Origin: a candidate division FCPU426 bacterium
Lineage (GTDB): Bacteria; Oederibacteriota; JAAXVQ01; JAUVAV01
NCBI GenBank assembly: GCA_040756875.1
Contig: JBFLYH010000001.1
Coordinates: 928,001-992,000, forward strand
Direction: 5' to 3'
DNA: 64,000 bases
This document shows, piece by piece, positions 55,914-64,000 of this stretch (the first letter of the stretch is position 1; the number at the start of each line of letters is the position of its first letter). The position numbers were made by a program, and so were the translations under genes. The notes beneath the pieces are model-generated. The model searched no databases and had not been told where the DNA came from. It saw nothing but the letters and a program-made list of their open reading frames with translations.

Positions 55914-56423
55914 CTACTTTTTGGCGTTCAGTTCATCCAAGACTTTGTAAGTGATGTCCTGCCCGTCGATATACAGCACGGTTTCGCGGTCCAGCACCAG
56001 CTCGTATTTATCGCGTTTCGCAATCTGGCCGACGATGTCCTTGACGTCGTTGACAATGCCTTCCATCAAGGTGCGCTGCTTGTTCATCAGCACGCTCTGG
56101 GTTTCCTTGTATTTGTCGCGGAACGTATCCTGCTTCTTGTTGAATTTCTCTTCCAATTTCTTGTATTTGCTTTCGGAGACGATCCCTTTTTGCCGTTCCA
56201 GATCGGCTTTCTCGGCTTCCAATTCTTCGCCCATTTTCTGCAACTCGTTTTTCTTGTCGTCCAGTTCCTTCTCAAGCCGTTCCTGGGCATCCTTGGTTTT
56301 TTGGTATTCCTTGACTACTTTGGAGGTGTCCACTACCGCGATTTTCGCCGCGTGGGCGCTGCCGGCGATCAACACCGCTCCCAGCAGAAAAACTCCCATT
56401 CCCGTCCAAGACCACCGCGTCAT
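55914..56423 (-). CDS. skp: Periplasmic chaperone Skp/OmpH
   Basis: Signal peptide ending AHA; KIAVVD..; coiled coil; Y.LVLD..VLY..DIT..V..LN; lies between bamA and lpxD. Confidence 0.92.
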   Translation of the reverse strand: MTRWSWTGMGVFLLGAVLIAGSAHAAKIAVVDTSKVVKEYQKTKDAQERLEKELDDKKNELQKMGEELEAEKADLERQKGIVSESKYKKLEEKFNKKQDTFRDKYKETQSVLMNKQRTLMEGIVNDVKDIVGQIAKRDKYELVLDRETVLYIDGQDITYKVLDELNAKK

Positions 56424-56477
56424 GTGCAAAATCCCCCTTCTCGAGATGATGAGGCCGCCAGGCAGCCCCCAAGCTGC

Positions 56478-58841
56478 TTAAAAAATGTTTCCGATGTTGA
56501 AATGATAATTCAGTGTGGCGGGTTTGCCGGTCGGATCCGGATCCAGCGGATATCCGAAATCAAAGCGGATCAGGATGACTGTGCCCGGAACTGTCAAACG
56601 AATGCCCACCCCGGCGCCTTTGTACATGGAAGGGTAATCGAGAAAATAGCTTTCGCCGCTGCGGGCGCCCCCTCCGGGATTCCGGATATCGCTCCAGACA
56701 TTTCCAGCATCAAAGAAGGCCACGCCTTTCAAGGGACCGATGATCGGGAAATGCAGTTCCACGTTGCTGCCGAGTTTGAAACGTCCGCCGCCGCCGGTGA
56801 TGTCCTGCCCAAAAACGCCTTCGCCGTAGCCGCGGACCGAATCCGTTCCGCCCATCAGAAACCGTTCGCTGGGGGGGACGTCGGTCAGGCCGGTCACGCC
56901 GAAATCGTACCCGTATTCATACCCGGCTTCCCCATGCAGGGCTAGTACGATCTGCCAGACCAGCGGCAGGTATAAACTGGAGTCGGCGAGGTATTTGAAA
57001 TAATTGTTGTCCCCGCCGAGCGGACCGCCGGCGATTTCCACCGACAGACGCTGGTAAGTCCCCTGGGTGGGGTCGAAAATATTGTCCCGCGTGTCGTAGA
57101 TCAGGGCGGGCGTCACGGAACTGGTGTCGCTGCGCCCCTCTTGGAACACCCCGGATACCGACGAATCCAAATCGGTATATTCGTTGCTTTCCAGTTTATA
57201 GGTCAAGTATCCTTTCCAATATTCGTCAAACCGGCGGCCGAGGCGGATATCGCCGCCCTGGGAGAGCAGATTATAATTTTGACCGCTGTATCCTTTGCGC
57301 TTGTTGATATTCCATACGTCCACGCCGAAGGAAACGGGCGCGTCGAAAAGCCAGGGCTCGGTGAAGGACATCTGCCAGCTCTGCCGCAGGGCGCCGAGTT
57401 CCCACTGCAGGCTGATCGACTGCCCGTTGCCGAACAGGTTGGCCTGGGTCATTTGCAGATAGCCCATCAGATAGTCCACCGACGAATAGCCCGCACCCAG
57501 GCTGATGGTGCCGGTTTGGCGTTCATCCACCTCAAATACCAGCACTTGCTCGGCCGGTGAGCTTCCCGGTTCGGTCGTCACTTTGACGTCTTGGAAGAAT
57601 CCCAGATTGGCGATTTTCTCGCGCGAACGCTGAATTTTCCTGGAATCGAAAGGTTCCCCGGGTTCGACCACGATTTCGCGCCGGATGACCTTGTCTTTGG
57701 TTATATTGTTGCCGCGGATGTCGACGCGCTCGACGCGGGCGATGGAGCCTTCGCGAACGACTACGGAAACGTCGACCGCGCCGGCATCATCGTGGTAATT
57801 CATCTCAGGCGTAATATCCGAAAAAATATACCCCTTCTCCGCATAGGCCATGCGGATCATCTGCATGTCCTTCTCGAAAATCAGGCGATCCATGACCGCG
57901 CCAGGCTTCAATTCCATCCGCCCCAGCAGCTCTTCCTGCGAATAAATAATGTTGCCCGTGATCGAAAGGTCGCGGATCTTGTACTGGATGCCTTCCTCGA
58001 CCTTGAGGGTGATGGTCATTTCTTTCTTGGCCTCGTCCACGGCCAGCGCCTCTTTAACAATCTCCTGGCGGTGCAAATCAATGTCTTCGAGACCGTAGCC
58101 GAACAACTTGGCTTTCAGATACCCCTCTTTCGCATAACGCAGAAGCACTTTTTTCAGGTCGGTGATAAACGTTTCTTCCTTGTATATACCGCCCACGAAC
58201 CAGCCGGCCTCTTTGGTTTCCATAACGCCCTTGATATCGCCGGCTGAGAACGCCTGGTTGCCGATGATAATGATTTTGGTCACCTTGACCTTCAAGCCCT
58301 CGTGGATATCGAACGTCAGGGCGACTTTGCCTTCGTCGGGCACGGCCACGGGCGTGACTTCGGCCTGATAATATTCCTTTTCACGGTAAAAATTGGCGAT
58401 CTTTTCCGCGGCTTTGGACGCGGCAAATTCATCGTAAGGCGTTCCCGACGTCAGGCCGGATTCCTGCAAAAGCTGCTTTTCTGAAAAAGCCTGCTGCCCC
58501 TTGGTCGTCAAAGTGGACAACAGCGGTTTTTCCTTCACTTGGACCAGCAGACGAACCGTGTCGTCGGAAAGCGGTTGGATGCTGAATTTGACATCCTCGA
58601 ATTTGCCGGTATCCCAGAGCGCTTTCAGATCCTGATCCAGTACGGTCCGGATTTCAGAAGGTTTGTCGCCGGTTTTCGTCTTGATCCAGGAAAGAATATC
58701 CGTCCCGGCGATGGTGTGGTTTCCGTCCACCTGCAGGTCGGAAATCGGACGCTGCGCCAGGTCTGCCGCCCACGAACTGGAATAACAGCCAACCAGAAGT
58801 GACAAAACGAATGTGAGGTAGAAAAAAAGCCTTGAAAACAC
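56478..58841 (-). CDS. bamA: Outer membrane protein assembly factor BamA
   Basis: Five POTRA domains, TG.ISLGAGYSS, NLFG.GQ, FTEPW, GG.DSVRGY, C-terminal F. Confidence 0.97.
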   Translation of the reverse strand: MFSRLFFYLTFVLSLLVGCYSSSWAADLAQRPISDLQVDGNHTIAGTDILSWIKTKTGDKPSEIRTVLDQDLKALWDTGKFEDVKFSIQPLSDDTVRLLVQVKEKPLLSTLTTKGQQAFSEKQLLQESGLTSGTPYDEFAASKAAEKIANFYREKEYYQAEVTPVAVPDEGKVALTFDIHEGLKVKVTKIIIIGNQAFSAGDIKGVMETKEAGWFVGGIYKEETFITDLKKVLLRYAKEGYLKAKLFGYGLEDIDLHRQEIVKEALAVDEAKKEMTITLKVEEGIQYKIRDLSITGNIIYSQEELLGRMELKPGAVMDRLIFEKDMQMIRMAYAEKGYIFSDITPEMNYHDDAGAVDVSVVVREGSIARVERVDIRGNNITKDKVIRREIVVEPGEPFDSRKIQRSREKIANLGFFQDVKVTTEPGSSPAEQVLVFEVDERQTGTISLGAGYSSVDYLMGYLQMTQANLFGNGQSISLQWELGALRQSWQMSFTEPWLFDAPVSFGVDVWNINKRKGYSGQNYNLLSQGGDIRLGRRFDEYWKGYLTYKLESNEYTDLDSSVSGVFQEGRSDTSSVTPALIYDTRDNIFDPTQGTYQRLSVEIAGGPLGGDNNYFKYLADSSLYLPLVWQIVLALHGEAGYEYGYDFGVTGLTDVPPSERFLMGGTDSVRGYGEGVFGQDITGGGGRFKLGSNVELHFPIIGPLKGVAFFDAGNVWSDIRNPGGGARSGESYFLDYPSMYKGAGVGIRLTVPGTVILIRFDFGYPLDPDPTGKPATLNYHFNIGNIF

Positions 58842-58875
58842 TGGCTAAATTGCCTCCGTTGAAAAAATTTGACCG

Positions 58876-58904
58876 ATTCTATCAGAAGTGCCTGGGACCG
58901 TCAA
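58876..58904 (-). promoter_or_regulatory. Sigma70-type promoter of the bamA-skp-lpx operon
   Basis: Minus strand TTGACG-17 nt-TAGAAT with an extended -10 TG. Confidence 0.7.
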
Positions 58905-58950
58905 GGAATTCCCTTTCCAACCGTCCGACCGGAATGCAGGCTTAAAAACG

Positions 58951-58980
58951 CGTAGGGAACAGGCGAGCCTGTTCCCTACG
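58951..58980. terminator. Perfect palindrome (GTAG-type REP-like) that may terminate tamB
   Basis: CGTAGGGAACAGGC-GA-GCCTGTTCCCTACG; followed by CGTTTTT on the minus strand. Confidence 0.6.
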
Positions 58981-59074
58981 AAAAAGTGCAATCCCTGGCA
59001 GTACGGATTTATTAAACCTATTCGGGGTCACGGATGAAGTCATTGACATTTTGACCCTGGCTGGAAATTAAAGT

Positions 59075-62000
59075 TCAGGGTTTTTGGCGTCCCGCGGGAG
59101 CAAGCGTGGTCCCGGCCGCATCCGGTTCCGCGTCAGATGGCACCCAGCCCTTGAACTGCATCCGGCTTTCTATCCCCCAAAACACTTCCTGGTCCGAATC
59201 CACGTCGAAATTTTTGTACACCCGGATGCGTTTGGAAGGATCCAGGTTGTACTCCAAACCAAGGTAGGATTGCCACGATAAACCGCCCTGTTCGGCCCCC
59301 CGGTCTTTGAGCACACCCCGGTAATTTAAAAAAAGATCATCCGTGACGTATTTACCGATATCGATTTGCGTGTCCTGCAGCAGGCTGGTACCGGTGATTT
59401 CCGACCCTCCGGACTGAACGGACCGCGTGTTGCCTTCGCCGGTCATAATGCTGTCGGCCAGTTTTTCGACCCCGCCCAGGCGAACGTCGATAACATCCAC
59501 GGGCGTGAATTTTTTAATGCTTTTGCCGATTTCCCGGCCGATCAGGTTTCCCGCCAGGCGCCCCAGAACCCTCGCGCCGGCGGCCTGGATTTTCTGGTCG
59601 ATCTGTTCCTGGGACCAGTTGGAGTAATCCTCGCCCAAGGTCAGCAGCGAAACGATTTGCGCCTGGGTCATGACCGGCTCGGATTCAAGCTTGATTTTTA
59701 GAGCGCCGAGTTCGCCCTGGACCCGCAGATAGATGGTGGCGTCACGGCGCCGTCCCTCGTCGCGGATCTCCACATTGCGGATAACGGCTTTGGCCAGCCC
59801 TTCCAGCCTCGGTTTCTCGCGGCCCGGGAACACCAGCACCGCTTCCTCGTTGGCGTCGAGATTGAAATCCGTATTGAGATATGTGAAAGTCCCCTTGGCG
59901 AGGCTGATGCGGCCTTCGGCCGTAAAATCGTTCTTCCCGCCGTTGAGGACCACCGCTTGGTCGGGTTTGATTTGGGCGCGTGCAACATCGTTGTAAAACC
60001 AAAGATTGTTGCGGGTGATGATCTTAAAACGATCGTAGCTCAGATTGGCTGGCTTCAAGTTGCGGGCGAAATCGGTCAACGGCCGTCCGGGAAAAGTCAA
60101 CTGCCCTTCCCCCAATTCCAACTGCCCGCCCGCAATGGGCGCTTCCAGGGTCCCGCCCAAATGAATATGAACGTCAGCCAGCGCCGAGACGTATTCCAAA
60201 TCCGGGGTGCTTTCGAGCCTGATTTTCTTCGGATCAGAATCCAGCCGCAGGTTCAGTTCATGGGGTTGCAGCCGCCGGAAAACGCAGGCCCACGGCGCCT
60301 GGGAACCGGCGCTGAGCCGCAATCGTCCCTGCCCTACCGTGCCTTCCAGCTGTTCAATAAATACTTGATTATCGTTGAAATTCAAGACGGCATTGAGGTT
60401 GGAAACCAAAGGGGAATATAAGCGCGGAGCCAGGGTGGCTTTCTCCGCCCAGGCGCGTCCCGAAAGCGTGGGGTAATCCATGGTGCCGTGTATTTTAAGG
60501 TCCAAACCGCTTCGGCCGGATGCCGCCGCGATATACGGAATGAAAGTGATGAACGACAAATCGCCCTCGGGCATGGTCAGGCGCAAGTCCATCTCCGCGC
60601 CCTGCAGGGCCACGGCTGCTGCCTGGCTTTGCGGCAGGGGCAATTTCCCTTCCAAGGTCAGGGAGTATTTGCCAAAACGCGTCAGGACGACCGGAACTTG
60701 CTGCCCGCGGAAATACAGCCAATCATGGTCAACCAGCAGGTTTCCCGAGCACACATCGAATGGAAGCCCCAGCACGCTGCCGTTTTCGATTTTAACGTCG
60801 ATCTCCATACGGGCGCTGTGGTCCGCATCGGTATAATGGAACTGGCCGCTGGCCGCGCCGGTCCAAGGTTGGGGCCAGCCCAGCGAACGGGCGATGACGT
60901 CGGCTTTGACGTTTTTCACTTTGATGCGCAAATCCGAAGTGGCGGTTCCATCCACGCGGCCGGTGGCGTCGATGTAGGTTTGGCGGGCATCGGAAATGGT
61001 AAGCCGGTTGAAAATCACGGCGCCTCCCGGGGGCAGCCGCAGGTCACCGTTGATGGCATAGGGATAATCGGAGGGAGTCCGGATATACAGATTTTCACCT
61101 TGATACTGAACCTGGGCGCGGAAATCCCCGAAAGGATACCGGTTGAGCTCGAAATCCCCGCTGGCCACGGCCAGGCGCAAATCCCATTCCGGATGGGTGC
61201 GCATGGTGCCGCGGACGGCAAAATGCCCGGTAAATATGCGGGAGAAAAAAGCAAATTGCTCGGCCGTCAAATTGAGGCTGATCCGCGCCTGTCCGTCCGA
61301 TTCCCATTGCAGGCTTCCGCCTTCCGCGGTCAGTCTGCCGACAGGCTGCAATCCTTCCAGGCGTTTTATTTTCAATTCCGACCCGATTTGTTCCCAGGCG
61401 GTGTGCAGACTCTTGAATTTCCAATGGCCAAAAACGAAACCCGTAAAGGTCAGGTCGCCGGAATGGCGGTCAAGCCGCCCTTCGCGTCCTGAAAAAAGCA
61501 CTTGGCCGGAAGCCCTCCCCTGCGGCGCGTGTTCCGGCGCAGCGGCTTGAAAAAGCGCCAGCACCGTTGAGGTCGTCATATCATCCAATTGCAGTCGGCC
61601 TTCCAAAGACTGCCAGGACGCTTTGCCCAGGGAGAGATCGATCTCCCCCTCCAGCGCCCCTTGTTCGCCGCCGAGGCGGAGGTTGGAAGTGATCTGACGG
61701 CTGGAAAAATCCGCGCGCCACGAACCGGTCAATGGTTCCGGCACTTCCTGTCCTTGGGGAAAAAGCAGGATGCGAAGCGGTTCCAGATCCGAACGCTCGA
61801 ATCCCAGTTCCAACCGGCCTTGGGGCTTCAAACTCAGGGTCAGGCTGCCTTTTCCGGTCAGCTTCCCGCCCCAAGTCAGGTTTTTAAAATCCAGCTGGTT
61901 GCCGCGGATTTCGACCTGCCCGCGCAAAGCCGGAAGGGATTTCCCGTCCACTCCGAAACTTTCGAGGGAAAGTTGGGCGGCATAGGTTTCTTTCTGGCCG

Positions 62001-64000
62001 GCCAGCGAGGTTCCGCGCACGCGCAAATCGCCGCTCCAGGTTCGTCCACCCAGGCGGAAATTTTCCATCCAGGCCAGCATCTGAAAAGGGCCGGGGGTCT
62101 TTCCCAGTTCGGTTTCCAAGAAGGCATTGCACTTTCCCCGCGGCTGCACCAGGGACAATTCCTTCAGCCAGATCCTGCGGCCCTGACTCGTGAATTTAAA
62201 CGTCCCGGTGTCGGCCGCCAGCGTGTTCCAGGAAAGATCGGCCACGGTAACATCCCCACGGCTCTGAAGCTCCTTCAGGGTGCCTGAAACCACCACTTGG
62301 CCGCTGAAACGGCCGCGCGTGCCCTCCGGCGGGCGCTGGCCGGCGAGCAGCAGCAAGGTGCTCAACGGACTCCGGCTGAGGATCAGACGGGCGGAAAGCG
62401 GATCCGCCGGGTGCCATCCCAAATGCCCTTCCAAACGCAATCGTTTGGCGTCCACCCAGGCGTTGCTGAGATCGACGCCCTGGGGCGACAACCGCAGATC
62501 TCCCCGGGCGTCCACCGAGGCTCCATCTGACTTCAACAGGGGCGAGGCGTTGAAACTTCCCGTCAGCAAGGGTTGCGCGGGCGTTCCGGAAAGCTCGCCG
62601 TTGAAAGAAACGACGCCGTTCAAGTGCTTCCAGCCCGCAGGCAGGGCGGGAATCAGCGTCAAAGGCAGGCGCCGGGTGGTGATCCGGCCGCTCCACGGCC
62701 GGTCCGGCCGGAGACTGGCCTGCCCGACGACCCGCAGCAATTCCCGGCCGCTGTGCGTCAAGGTCGCCGACCGCAGTTTCCATGCTTCCCCTTCACGGAC
62801 AGCTTCACCGGCGAGCACGGCTTGCGACAGAGGGCCCCAGTCCGCCAGCACCCGCAACTTCCAGGCGGGCGCTTCCACGGCGAACTGGCCGTTCAACCGC
62901 TTCAACTCAACGCCCTCCACTTTCACGCGGGGCGAGGAGAACAGGCCCTTGACTGCAGGCGTTTCCAACAACCCGTCCACGCTCAGCGAGGCATTGATCC
63001 GGCCTTGCAGGGATTTAATCCCCAGCAGTTCGGACATATCCTCCAATTCCAGGTCCCTCACCTCAGTCTGCAAACGGATGGTCGGCCCCGTCTGGCCCGC
63101 CGGCGTGAAAACCACCGCGCCTTTCCCTTCCACGCTCCCCCGCGCCAGCAGGCCCCGCGCCAACAACACCCGCAGCTCGCCGGCATGGTATTTGGAGATC
63201 ACCTCGAATTTGCGGATCGCGAGGCGGCCCACCCGGCCTTCCTCGAGATTGAAAGTTCCCGTCATGGTCAAATCCGAAGCTGGGCCTTTGATCAGGACCG
63301 TTGCCTGACCGCTGCCGCTGGTTTTCAAATGCCGGAAATTGGGCGCGATTTTCACCAAATTGTCGAGATCCAAGTTTTGGCTTTGCACGCGGATTTGCAG
63401 GCGCGGCGCCTGAAGGTTATTAATCTCCCCCTGGGCCGACCAGGCGGTCTGGCCGACCACGGCTTGCATGTTTTTCAAGCTGAGATCGCGGTCTTCCAGA
63501 TGCACCACGCCGAAAACGTTTTGGATCGGGACCGGGAGCAGCCGCGTTGTCAAAGCTAGGTTATACAGGACCGCGCGGCCGCTGACCGACATCCCCGGCA
63601 GCCAGTCGTGCTCTGAAGGCGGCCGGGAGGCGAACTTGAGATTCAGGTCACCTTCCCCGGATTGAAGGTTCCCCCACTCCGTCAGCTTGAACACGCCTCC
63701 CAATTCGGCCAACTGCACGCGGGTAGCGTTCAAGCCCAGCCGGTAAGTTTGTTGCGGCAGGTCGAGCAGGCCCGAAAGCTTTACATTTTGCCTCCGTCCG
63801 GTATTCGTGCGGCCGGAGAGGAACAGCCGGGCAGCGGAAGGATCTTTGAGGTTGAGGAGGCCCTTGAGATTTTTCAAACTGGCGGAACTGGAACCGTTGT
63901 TGATGCGGATCTCGCCGGCCAGCAGGGAAAGTTTGATGGGCGGCAAGAGGGGGCCGGGCGCTGCCGGACCGGCGGCTTGTCCGTAGCAAGCCACGGAGGC
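59075..64000 (-). CDS. tamB: Translocation/assembly module TamB (AsmA-like) protein, 5'-partial
   Basis: More than 1600 aa of repeated beta-taco segments (L.G.L..P.L.G), C-terminal L.S.P..Q..I.SLL..G and IGKYV.DDLF; upstream of bamA; the frame is open at the window end. Confidence 0.88.
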   Translation of the reverse strand, partial: ASVACYGQAAGPAAPGPLLPPIKLSLLAGEIRINNGSSSASLKNLKGLLNLKDPSAARLFLSGRTNTGRRQNVKLSGLLDLPQQTYRLGLNATRVQLAELGGVFKLTEWGNLQSGEGDLNLKFASRPPSEHDWLPGMSVSGRAVLYNLALTTRLLPVPIQNVFGVVHLEDRDLSLKNMQAVVGQTAWSAQGEINNLQAPRLQIRVQSQNLDLDNLVKIAPNFRHLKTSGSGQATVLIKGPASDLTMTGTFNLEEGRVGRLAIRKFEVISKYHAGELRVLLARGLLARGSVEGKGAVVFTPAGQTGPTIRLQTEVRDLELEDMSELLGIKSLQGRINASLSVDGLLETPAVKGLFSSPRVKVEGVELKRLNGQFAVEAPAWKLRVLADWGPLSQAVLAGEAVREGEAWKLRSATLTHSGRELLRVVGQASLRPDRPWSGRITTRRLPLTLIPALPAGWKHLNGVVSFNGELSGTPAQPLLTGSFNASPLLKSDGASVDARGDLRLSPQGVDLSNAWVDAKRLRLEGHLGWHPADPLSARLILSRSPLSTLLLLAGQRPPEGTRGRFSGQVVVSGTLKELQSRGDVTVADLSWNTLAADTGTFKFTSQGRRIWLKELSLVQPRGKCNAFLETELGKTPGPFQMLAWMENFRLGGRTWSGDLRVRGTSLAGQKETYAAQLSLESFGVDGKSLPALRGQVEIRGNQLDFKNLTWGGKLTGKGSLTLSLKPQGRLELGFERSDLEPLRILLFPQGQEVPEPLTGSWRADFSSRQITSNLRLGGEQGALEGEIDLSLGKASWQSLEGRLQLDDMTTSTVLALFQAAAPEHAPQGRASGQVLFSGREGRLDRHSGDLTFTGFVFGHWKFKSLHTAWEQIGSELKIKRLEGLQPVGRLTAEGGSLQWESDGQARISLNLTAEQFAFFSRIFTGHFAVRGTMRTHPEWDLRLAVASGDFELNRYPFGDFRAQVQYQGENLYIRTPSDYPYAINGDLRLPPGGAVIFNRLTISDARQTYIDATGRVDGTATSDLRIKVKNVKADVIARSLGWPQPWTGAASGQFHYTDADHSARMEIDVKIENGSVLGLPFDVCSGNLLVDHDWLYFRGQQVPVVLTRFGKYSLTLEGKLPLPQSQAAAVALQGAEMDLRLTMPEGDLSFITFIPYIAAASGRSGLDLKIHGTMDYPTLSGRAWAEKATLAPRLYSPLVSNLNAVLNFNDNQVFIEQLEGTVGQGRLRLSAGSQAPWACVFRRLQPHELNLRLDSDPKKIRLESTPDLEYVSALADVHIHLGGTLEAPIAGGQLELGEGQLTFPGRPLTDFARNLKPANLSYDRFKIITRNNLWFYNDVARAQIKPDQAVVLNGGKNDFTAEGRISLAKGTFTYLNTDFNLDANEEAVLVFPGREKPRLEGLAKAVIRNVEIRDEGRRRDATIYLRVQGELGALKIKLESEPVMTQAQIVSLLTLGEDYSNWSQEQIDQKIQAAGARVLGRLAGNLIGREIGKSIKKFTPVDVIDVRLGGVEKLADSIMTGEGNTRSVQSGGSEITGTSLLQDTQIDIGKYVTDDLFLNYRGVLKDRGAEQGGLSWQSYLGLEYNLDPSKRIRVYKNFDVDSDQEVFWGIESRMQFKGWVPSDAEPDAAGTTLAPAGRQKP

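Overview
A 64 kb chromosomal window from a GC-rich diderm (LPS-making) bacterium. The LpxC-FabZ fusion and secreted proteins with Thr/Pro stalks ending in T9SS-type-like sorting domains suggest an FCB-affiliated or similar candidate lineage; this is inference. From left to right: (1) the tail of a chemosensory operon (cheD, HDOD, two CheY, cheB, five CheX-type domains); (2) a large secreted beta-helix protein; (3) a mixed transport and metabolism block; (4) three secreted proteins; (5) an orphan contractile-tail sheath gene; (6) an AT-rich Gabija-type island (OLD nuclease plus UvrD helicase) next to tRNA-Pro(TGG) and tRNA-Arg(TCT), with an attC-like palindrome at its downstream end and bracketed by a diverged ~100-bp inverted repeat; (7) recJ-cimA-murI-[queD-queE-2-hydroxyacyl-CoA dehydratase-like-activator ATPase]-rph-rdgB; (8) a five-gene minus-strand unit with its own sigma70 promoter and a structured leader; (9) smc, preceded by NrdR-box-like sites exactly 32 bp apart; (10) tamB-bamA-skp-lpxD-lpxC/fabZ-lpxA-lpxI. 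There are two main candidates for undescribed biology. The first is the five-gene unit: a PQQ-propeller lipoprotein, a HAMP/class III pseudo-cyclase, a J-domain-TPR protein, a lidless DnaK with a MinD-like C-terminal motif, and a PilB/GspE-like pseudo-ATPase. The second is the Fe-S dehydratase/activator pair in the queD-queE cluster, a possible non-canonical 7-deazaguanine (queuosine) pathway step. No CRISPR array, rRNA, integrase or transposase was seen. All calls come from reading motifs by eye; no searches were run.
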